From a virus, in IMG/VR virus record IMGVR_UViG_3300025834_000039: a DNA stretch of 17,896 nt; one strand, written 5' to 3'. Position 1 is the stretch's first letter. Each line of letters opens with the position of its first letter. A program made the position numbers and the translations under genes. The notes beneath the pieces were generated by a model. It saw only the letters and a program-made list of their open reading frames with translations, did not search any database and was not told the origin of the DNA. Of the stretch, positions 1 through 5,907 are shown piece by piece.

Positions 1-281
1 AAAGTAATTATGACACGAACAATCCCCCCCCGTTCCCCCTCGAATGTTCGTACCATGCCGAACATTAATTACCACAATTTAGGAGATACAAGAAGGGGAC
101 AAGCCGACGCGTGAACCACAACGGCGTATGTCATAATTGTATTATCACGTTCGGTAAGGCAAGTCATGGAGAGGGGAGGGGACGCAACGACACGTTACGG
201 TAAGGGACGAAAATAATTGTTGACATATGCCGGTGTAGGGTTTATTATTAGATTATAAATTAAATATATGTAAAAAGGTGG
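1..281. repeat. Left inverted terminal repeat (ITR-L), 281 bp
   Basis: Checked base by base: 1..281 equals the reverse complement of 17616..17896 with no mismatch. Identity ends at 282 (t), where the mirrored base 17615 (c) would require g. The repeat starts AAAGTA. By hand count the outer ~210 bp is about 49% G+C (103/210), in an otherwise AT-rich genome. Confidence 0.97.
220..248 (+). promoter_or_regulatory. Sigma-A-type early promoter inside ITR-L, firing inward
   Basis: TTGACA (220-225), 17-nt spacer, TATTAT (243-248). It is followed by SD AAAAGGTGG (273-281) and ATG at 290. An identical copy sits in ITR-R. Confidence 0.7.
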
Positions 282-289
282 TTGTATTA

Positions 290-454
290 ATGAATAAATT
301 AAACGTATGTGACGAACAACTAGTTAACCAAAATGAAACAATAGAGAACGCAATGAACGTTGTTGCAACATTAACTGAAAGTTATCCTAATTTTAGCGAT
401 GTTAGTTTTTATAAAGACGGCAACGGTGTAATGCGTTTTAGATTGGAGTTTTAA
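290..454 (+). CDS. Small early protein, 54 aa, unknown function; paralog of the right-arm ORF 17384..17548
   Basis: Below the ORF-track cutoff. Translation: MNKLNVCDEQLVNQNETIENAMNVVATLTESYPNFSDVSFYKDGNGVMRFRLEF. SD GGTGG lies 8 nt upstream. It shares 37/54 identical residues (hand count) with the C-terminal 54 aa of the right-arm 74-aa ORF, and this conservation supports coding. Confidence 0.7.
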   Translation: MNKLNVCDEQLVNQNETIENAMNVVATLTESYPNFSDVSFYKDGNGVMRFRLEF

Positions 455-530
455 CAATGTTAACAAACGATGTAATTAGTATACTACAATTTGTAATAGA
501 AATTAATTCAAAAATAAAAGAATTTACACT

Positions 531-557
531 ATAAAATAAAAGGAGGGGCAACCCTCC
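531..557 (-). terminator. Minus-strand intrinsic-terminator-like hairpin inside the plus-strand left-arm operon
   Basis: GGAGGG (542-547), GCAA loop, CCCTCC (552-557). On the minus strand the stem is followed by TTTTATTTTAT (541-531). On the plus strand no U-tract follows the stem. Confidence 0.45.
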
Positions 558-572
558 AAAAGGAGATTAATA

Positions 573-779
573 ATGATAAACGGTAGAAGTGAAGCAATGG
601 CAAAATTTAAGGTAATTGATATTTTAGAGGGACGCGACACATTAGGTTATTGTAACAACATGGTTCAAGTGAATAAATTGGTTGTAGAAAGAATTGAAGA
701 TACCGACGGCGAATGTCTAATTGAATTAAGAGAATTAAATACCGAAACTCATAAATACAGATATTTAAAAATATTATAA
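573..779 (+). CDS. Small early protein, 68 aa, unknown function
   Basis: ORF track entry. GGAG (562-565) lies 7 nt upstream of ATG 573. The ORF sits downstream of the ITR-L promoter and ahead of the bidirectional terminator at 831-870. Confidence 0.55.
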   Translation: MINGRSEAMAKFKVIDILEGRDTLGYCNNMVQVNKLVVERIEDTDGECLIELRELNTETHKYRYLKIL

Positions 780-830
780 GTGCTGACACAACAAGAAATC
801 GACGAACTAGTAAAACGGTTATTAAAAGAG

Positions 831-870
831 AAAGAAAAGAACGATACTAAATAGTATCGTTCTTTCTTTT
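831..870. terminator. Bidirectional terminator between convergent left-arm and late genes
   Basis: Inverted repeat AGAACGATACTA (838-849) / TAGTATCGTTCT (852-863). It is flanked by an A-rich run upstream and TCTTTCTTTT downstream, so it reads as a U-tract hairpin on both strands. Confidence 0.7.
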
Positions 871-871
871 A

Positions 872-2134
872 TTAACTTTTCCATGAACCGTCTTGCTTAA
901 CTTGAACCTTTTCGACTTGTTTCCATGAACCGCCCGACTTAATAAAAGTTAGTGCGTTAACTTTCCATGTTCCGTCTACTTTTGGCGTTAACGCTTGGGT
1001 TGATGAACCAACGGGGGTTATAGTGAATACTTTATATGTCGCCCATACTCCAAAAGTCCAATCTTTAGTATATGTTAAAATATATTTTGCGGGGTTTTTT
1101 ACTAATATACCTCTGTTGCTTGGGTCAATTCCTAAAGTATCGCCAACAACTAAATCGGGCGGTAAGTTCAATTTATAAGATAATAATTGACCGCTAAAAT
1201 ACATATAACCTTGTGTATTATTAGTTAAATAGTGCATTGCAATACCCGCAAAATCATATAAACTATCATCAAAAGCCATAGCGCGTACTCTGTCAGTAAA
1301 ACCGTCATACACACATGGAGTACCTTCGGGTATATCGAAACCACTATAATTACTTAAATATTTAACGTGTTCCTCTCCTTTGTATTCAAAATTAACATTG
1401 TCGCTCGTTGTAAACATAAAATCATAAGTGTTACCGTAACCCTCTGATAACCATTTATTCGCCCAAAAGCCACCGATTAAAGTATTATTTGTTAGCGTAC
1501 ATAAATCATTGCCAATACCTAAACCGCCGTCAAGGAAAATAGAACATTGTCCGTCAGCTTGTTCAAAAATGCAATTATCAGCGATTATATGTGATGGAGT
1601 TGTGAAAGATACGTTATTATGAGCATAAAGTGGACTACCTAGTTGTCGCGCTATATAATGAGAATTTAATATTTTTAATACCATACCCGAACTAGTACCG
1701 CAACCGTTGGCGTGGCAACTCGTCCAATATGCCGACGGGGTTATACCATCAAGCAACCAATTTCCTAAATGCTCAACGTGGCAATTAATAATGGTCTGTA
1801 TTGTATTATTTGGGCAACCGTCATTATGGTAAGGATAACGCATATTTTTGCACGTTATGGTTAAATTCTGTAAAATTGTAGTTGTTCGATAATCAATCGT
1901 ACTATAATTAAAAGGGTCGGTTGTGTTGTTGGGTTTTTCGCCCTTAATTTTATATAATGTTCTATCGGTTGTAGCACCCTTGATATTAACATAGTCACGC
2001 GTCAATAAACTCATAACGTTATATGTCCCCGCCGATAAAATTAAATCATATTGATTATAAATAGAAGGGTTGGGGCAAGCGTTTATTTTTGATTGTAAAT
2101 CGTCACTTGGTATAACATTAACTATGGTTAACAT
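872..2134 (-). CDS. Tailspike / pre-neck-appendage-like protein, probable right-handed beta-helix (pectate-lyase-like) depolymerase
   Basis: 420-aa ORF and the last gene of the late operon. It has recurrent short hydrophobic-N/C rungs (ILQNLTITCKN, IINCHVEH, ILNSHYIA, IIADNCIFE, LTNNTLIGG) typical of parallel beta-helices. The C-terminus carries three 14-aa GxWK repeats. Its position matches the phi29 gp12-type appendage gene. Confidence 0.5.
   Translation of the reverse strand: MLTIVNVIPSDDLQSKINACPNPSIYNQYDLILSAGTYNVMSLLTRDYVNIKGATTDRTLYKIKGEKPNNTTDPFNYSTIDYRTTTILQNLTITCKNMRYPYHNDGCPNNTIQTIINCHVEHLGNWLLDGITPSAYWTSCHANGCGTSSGMVLKILNSHYIARQLGSPLYAHNNVSFTTPSHIIADNCIFEQADGQCSIFLDGGLGIGNDLCTLTNNTLIGGFWANKWLSEGYGNTYDFMFTTSDNVNFEYKGEEHVKYLSNYSGFDIPEGTPCVYDGFTDRVRAMAFDDSLYDFAGIAMHYLTNNTQGYMYFSGQLLSYKLNLPPDLVVGDTLGIDPSNRGILVKNPAKYILTYTKDWTFGVWATYKVFTITPVGSSTQALTPKVDGTWKVNALTFIKSGGSWKQVEKVQVKQDGSWKS
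875..982 (-). repeat. Three tandem 42-nt (14-aa) coding repeats at the tailspike C-terminus
   Basis: TTCCATGAACCG at 879-890 and 921-932, and TTCCATGTTCCG at 963-974, at exact 42-nt spacing. They encode KVDGTWKVNALTFI / KSGGSWKQVEKVQV / KQDGSWKS. Confidence 0.85.
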
Positions 2135-2159
2135 TTTAAAACCTTCTTTCTTTTAGAGT

Positions 2160-2186
2160 ATGCCCGCATACATTATATGCGGGCAT
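2160..2186 (-). other. Intercistronic GC-clamp hairpin between the tail fibre and tailspike genes
   Basis: Perfect 11-bp arms ATGCCCGCATA (2160-2170) / TATGCGGGCAT (2176-2186) with a 5-nt loop. No U-tract follows on the minus strand, so this is more likely an mRNA stability or processing element than a full terminator. Confidence 0.5.
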
Positions 2187-2189
2187 TTA

Positions 2190-3716
2190 TTATAAATTAA
2201 AACCGATATAGCTTGACCAACCCGTTGCATTAATCCAAACAACTGTATTAACTAGTACCCAATCAGCGTTAGCAACTCCATAAACTTTTGCGCTTGGGGT
2301 AGCAAGTATTGATTTATACACCTTAACATTTTTAGGGAAAGTTGATATATTTATTCCACAATTAACCCTATAACTATTAATAGCTTGTAAACTTCCTAAG
2401 TTAACTTTTATCCATTGTGGGGTACTTGTTGTACCCGAAACCCAACGGTTAGTATCAGTAACAACGCCGTCAGCTACTTTTGACGCTTCATAACCCGCCC
2501 CAAAAGTAGAATATGCCGACCAACTTGCGTCGGTAGAAGGGGTTATGTCGGGAGAATTTACTTCTATTTCGCCTATTTCCATATAAACATTAGTTCCGTT
2601 TAATACGCCCGTTGCATTATCAGCCATTTCCCATTGTAACCATTGCGCTTGTATTATTTGTGGTATGCCGACAACTTGTGAACTGTTTACGCTTTCACCG
2701 TTAATATTAACCGCCGATATAACATAGTAATAAGTTGTACCGTTAGCAACCGAACCGTCGCTATATGTTAGAGCGGTAACTCCCGTTGCAATTGTTACAT
2801 ATCCACTACCGTTAGTCGTTGAACGTTTAACATTATAGCTTGTAGCACCCGTTGATAGTAACCATGATAGATTTACATAGAAATTACCGTTTGCCGATGT
2901 AACGCCCGATGGATAAGCTAAAGGGGTAAATGTTCCACTAATAGCATTGGAATAATCTGTTTTACTACTAGTTATAGATTTTGTTTTAACTGTTGCGGTG
3001 TGAATTGTTCCCGCCGTCCATGCTTGACCAACAATCGCAACGCCCGCTGATATTTGCGCCCATGTATAATTACCATATGGAGTTGTTGAACCATCTAAAT
3101 ATACATTAAATGTTATAACTCCTTCAACATTATCAATGTCCCAATATTGCGGAACGGTTGCTTTATTTGCTTTAACTGTTGCGCCAACTGTTGACGCTAA
3201 TGTTATTGTTAAGCTATCAACCGCCGTTGGTATTAAGTCAATGTATTTTATCCAAACGTCGCCGTTGTTCCCGTCGCTTGCGGTTGGGTTCAATGTTGAA
3301 ATAATTGTTCTTGGTAGCGCGTCAACTTCGGTATTCAATGCGCCAACACTAGTTGTTAATGCGGTAACTTGTGCGGGTAGTGCGCTAACTGTTGAAAATT
3401 GAGTATTTAAAGTTCCAACGCCATTTTGCAATGCTACTATATCGTCACTATTTGCGTTTATTTCTTGTGTTGATGAAATTACATAGTTCTCAACTTCTTC
3501 TTTATATTGAGCAACTTGTAAATTATACTCACCCGATTTTATCCAATATGTCAAATTGTTTAAATCTATACCAATTGGAACGTCGCGTTTTGATGTGTAA
3601 CTATCCCCGCCATAAGTAACAACCGACAAACTTTCATAAGATGTATTTTTTGTGTTATCCCAATTACCTACGATAAGTGGAACATAGCGTTTACCGATAT
3701 AAATATTTTTAGCCAT
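2190..3716 (-). CDS. Tail fibre / receptor-binding protein with coiled-coil, FN3 and discoidin (F5/8 type C, CBM-like) domains
   Basis: 508-aa ORF with SD AAAGGAGG upstream. The N-terminal module (YIGKRYVPL...YESLSVVTYGGDSYTSKRDVPIGI) resembles conserved Firmicute phage fibre N-termini. A heptad-like stretch reads ALQNGVGTLNTQFSTVSALPAQVTALTTSVGALNTEVDAL. An FN3-like segment reads YVNLSW...ATSYNVKRS...YTDGSVANGTTYYYVISAVN. The C-terminal segment is discoidin-like (NRWVSG...PQWIKVNLG...INSYRV). Confidence 0.65.
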   Translation of the reverse strand: MAKNIYIGKRYVPLIVGNWDNTKNTSYESLSVVTYGGDSYTSKRDVPIGIDLNNLTYWIKSGEYNLQVAQYKEEVENYVISSTQEINANSDDIVALQNGVGTLNTQFSTVSALPAQVTALTTSVGALNTEVDALPRTIISTLNPTASDGNNGDVWIKYIDLIPTAVDSLTITLASTVGATVKANKATVPQYWDIDNVEGVITFNVYLDGSTTPYGNYTWAQISAGVAIVGQAWTAGTIHTATVKTKSITSSKTDYSNAISGTFTPLAYPSGVTSANGNFYVNLSWLLSTGATSYNVKRSTTNGSGYVTIATGVTALTYSDGSVANGTTYYYVISAVNINGESVNSSQVVGIPQIIQAQWLQWEMADNATGVLNGTNVYMEIGEIEVNSPDITPSTDASWSAYSTFGAGYEASKVADGVVTDTNRWVSGTTSTPQWIKVNLGSLQAINSYRVNCGINISTFPKNVKVYKSILATPSAKVYGVANADWVLVNTVVWINATGWSSYIGFNL

Positions 3717-3718
3717 TG

Positions 3719-4177
3719 TTAATCCTCCTTTAAATCAAGTAGTAGTTCGCCTATTTCGCTAGTTGAAAATACTATTTCGTCCCATGAAGCGGGAATATAT
3801 GCGATAAATCGTCCCGTATCGTCTAAACCAAAAGTTACAAATTGAGCGACATTATGGACATATTCAACCGCTTTTTCTTGTAAATCAGTAAAGAAAGTTG
3901 AAGTTAATTTTTTTAAATCAATGCTACCGTCGGGTATAATATTACCGCTATTGAGTAAAACCATCAAGCTATTATATTCAGCGTTTAATATATCAAATTT
4001 TGCGTCGGTGTATGCGTTGTTAACAGTTCCCGTTCCGTTAACTAGTTCAACAATGGTATTAACTTTTGCTTGTATCGCTAATAACCATTTTGTCGTTGTC
4101 ATGCTCTGCGAAAATTCCAACGGTATCGGGTTAATATTTAATCCTTCTACTAAATTAATTGGTTGTATTAAATTCAT
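3719..4177 (-). CDS. Small virion structural protein, possibly a fibre/appendage adaptor; function unknown
   Basis: The ORF track gives 3719..4201. I prefer ATG at 4177 (MNLIQPINLV...) because SD GGGAGG lies 6 nt upstream and this start avoids overlap with the lower collar stop at 4191. The gene sits between the collar and fibre genes. Confidence 0.6.
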   Translation of the reverse strand: MNLIQPINLVEGLNINPIPLEFSQSMTTTKWLLAIQAKVNTIVELVNGTGTVNNAYTDAKFDILNAEYNSLMVLLNSGNIIPDGSIDLKKLTSTFFTDLQEKAVEYVHNVAQFVTFGLDDTGRFIAYIPASWDEIVFSTSEIGELLLDLKED

Positions 4178-4190
4178 TGCTTTTCCTCCC

Positions 4191-5051
4191 TTACCATACA
4201 TTCATAAATAAGTCGTTCAACTCTGCTATAACTTGATTATCTAAATCGAACATATCAACATAATCTTTAAATTGTGTCATAGCATGAGCGAAACTTAAAT
4301 CGGACGCGCTCCCGTATGTTTTTTTATTGTAACTTTCGTCCATAGTATTATTGTTAGTTCCCGCATTGGTATTAATCGTTTTATCTATACCCGTATTAAC
4401 TATTGTATTGTTGCCATTTATTACGGTATCACTTTGATTATTACCCGTTACGACGGTATCAACTCCACTTACCCCAACAACTGTTGTATCGCCTTTTGTT
4501 TTTGTCGCGTTATCAACAAATAAATTTGACGTTAAATCGTCCTCTGTCATTTCCTCGCTTGGGAATTGTGAAGTTAAACCCAAATTATTCGCATTAGTTG
4601 TTGAATTGTCTGTTGTATCAATGCGGTTAGTTTGTCCGTTTGTACTATCTGTATTATTAGTTTCGTTACTTGTCGTTATGTTTGTTCCATCGGTATTATA
4701 ATTTATTACACCGTTATTATTAGTAGTTCCGTCGTTAGCGATTTTATGCGTAAATTCTTCGTATAACTCCATAGTATAAAGAGGGTTAAACGGTATCGCT
4801 TTATTTTTGTATAACTCGTTATATTTATTCCTCATTATAATAGACATTCTATTCATTAAACGTTGTCGCCATACGGCGGGGTTGGTGTAACCAATTTCGC
4901 GGAACATATAAAAATCTAATATCGCTTTATTTAATATAGGTCGATATGCTTCGTCCCATATTGGATATTCAGTTAAACCAAAATCAAAATTATATTCTTG
5001 TAGTTCGTAAACACTAATTGTATAGGTTGAAATTTCGCTATTCATTCCCAT
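4191..5051 (-). CDS. Lower collar protein (phi29 gp11-like)
   Basis: Conserved N-terminal block YPIWDEAYRPILNKAILDFYMFREIGYTNPAVWRQRLMNRMSIIMRNKYNELY matches the gp11-family pattern, and the length is about 290 aa as in phi29. The central region is N/T-rich. The start is ambiguous (TTG 5072, ATG 5066, ATG 5051, ATG 5045); I chose 5051, 6 nt after GGTG. The gene overlaps the portal 3' end. Confidence 0.8.
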   Translation of the reverse strand: MGMNSEISTYTISVYELQEYNFDFGLTEYPIWDEAYRPILNKAILDFYMFREIGYTNPAVWRQRLMNRMSIIMRNKYNELYKNKAIPFNPLYTMELYEEFTHKIANDGTTNNNGVINYNTDGTNITTSNETNNTDSTNGQTNRIDTTDNSTTNANNLGLTSQFPSEEMTEDDLTSNLFVDNATKTKGDTTVVGVSGVDTVVTGNNQSDTVINGNNTIVNTGIDKTINTNAGTNNNTMDESYNKKTYGSASDLSFAHAMTQFKDYVDMFDLDNQVIAELNDLFMNVW

Positions 5052-5904
5052 TATCTTCACCGCCATTATCAAGTATTGCGCTTTCTTGCGCTACCGTCAA
5101 TTTTATATCAAGTGAAAATTTTTCGTTTATTTTATCAACCGCCATTTGTCGCGCTTCATACATAGATTTTTTATTTAATGTAATTTGCTCGTTGTTTTGT
5201 TCCGCTTCACCCGTTATTAATCTTTCTTTTTTTGAAATATTAACATTGTTGATACCGAAAAAAGTCATGCCCTCATTTTCAATTGTTGTCGCAACGTCTT
5301 GTAATTCCTTGGTATGGTTTTTTATATTTAAGCTAAGTACACTAACATTATTTAGTGTGTTGAAATCTTCATTAACAAAAATATACGGAACGCCGTCGGT
5401 CTTTTGCGCCATTACTTGTTTTACTGTTTCCCGTTGTCCTTCGGGGCAAGCGATGATATTCGGGTTTTTAAGTTGCTCTAAATTTACGTCGAATGTCTTT
5501 TTAATATTACTCAGGCTTTTGGCGAAAAAATTTACATTTGCAACGTTACCCTCAATAAACATATCGTTCCATATAGGTACACACTCTGACGGCTTAACAT
5601 ACTCGTTAATCTTATTTACTCCATACGCCCTATATCCCGTTGGTTCTTCATAGTCATTCAATCCAATCGGCGTTGCTTGCGCTACTACATAAAAGCCTAG
5701 TTGTTGCGATTTATAAAAAATTAATAATCCTTGATAGAAAAGTTTATCTTCGATAAATCGTGAACTTATTCCGTCGGGTAAATTTTCCCACTTAAACATT
5801 GACATTAAAAGCCGTTTGTATTTTTTAAAATAAAAGTTGTATTCGCGCATATTTTCATTTAATCGCCATTGCGCGAAACTTTTTAATGTTTTTGCGTTCC
5901 CCAC
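5038..5904 (-). CDS. Portal / upper collar connector protein (phi29 gp10-like)
   Basis: FKWENLPDGISSRFIEDKLFYQG and MTFFGINNVNISKKERLITGEAEQNNEQI correspond closely to the remembered phi29 gp10 blocks FEWENLPPTI...FLEK and [22 protein letters not shown]..NDEQI. The C-terminus is acidic. GTG start follows SD GGGGGTG. Confidence 0.9.
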   Translation of the reverse strand: MGNAKTLKSFAQWRLNENMREYNFYFKKYKRLLMSMFKWENLPDGISSRFIEDKLFYQGLLIFYKSQQLGFYVVAQATPIGLNDYEEPTGYRAYGVNKINEYVKPSECVPIWNDMFIEGNVANVNFFAKSLSNIKKTFDVNLEQLKNPNIIACPEGQRETVKQVMAQKTDGVPYIFVNEDFNTLNNVSVLSLNIKNHTKELQDVATTIENEGMTFFGINNVNISKKERLITGEAEQNNEQITLNKKSMYEARQMAVDKINEKFSLDIKLTVAQESAILDNGGEDNGNE

Positions 5905-5907
5905 TTA

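Noticed and set aside
107-112. ACGCGT palindrome (restriction-site-like) in the ITR
   Set aside because: A single 6-bp palindrome is expected by chance in a GC-rich stretch, and there is no supporting context.
125-170. Outward-facing promoter in the ITR that could drive a pRNA toward the terminus, as in phi29
   Set aside because: The best match on the outward strand is ATGACT followed by GATAAT or TAATAC, with a spacer of 15 nt for the good -10 or only a 3/6 -10 at 17 nt. That is too weak to claim. A covariance-model scan would settle whether any pRNA lies in the ITR.
95-240. Possible G-quadruplex from G-runs in the ITR
   Set aside because: Only two G4 runs are adjacent (173-176 and 178-181). 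The other G-runs (95-98, 204-206, 238-240) are tens of nt away, so no canonical four-tract G4 with short loops exists.
457-534. 25-aa micro-ORF (MLTNDVISILQFVIEINSKIKEFTL) after the left-arm paralog
   Set aside because: It has a GGAG 8 nt upstream, but it is very short, has no counterpart in the right arm and cannot be tested for conservation here. It is not strong enough to call as a gene. It remains possible as a leader peptide.
607-789. 60-aa minus-strand ORF
   Set aside because: It is antisense to the 68-aa plus-strand ORF, which has a proper SD and sits in a promoter-to-terminator unit. This ORF has no SD and an odd I/L/Y-rich composition.
780-854. 24-aa GTG-initiated micro-ORF abutting the stop of the 68-aa ORF
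   Set aside because: There is no SD, and its 3' end runs into the terminator stem. It is most likely fortuitous.
3136-4211. Plus-strand ORFs 3136..3402, 3392..3619 and 3921..4211
   Set aside because: All lie antisense within well-supported minus-strand tail genes, and none has an SD or recognisable motif. The same reasoning applies to the other short plus-strand track ORFs: 4403..4597, 8777..9013, 9181..9390, 9537..9812, 10167..10382, 11786..11974, 12263..12466, 12494..12685, 13444..13722, 14185..14499, 14947..15135, 16073..16264 and 16636..16899.
5018-5653. 211-aa plus-strand ORF
   Set aside because: It is entirely antisense to the strongly supported portal gene. The translation is low-complexity and S/F/L/C-rich, typical of the reverse frame of an AT-rich gene. 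There is no SD and no recognisable motif.
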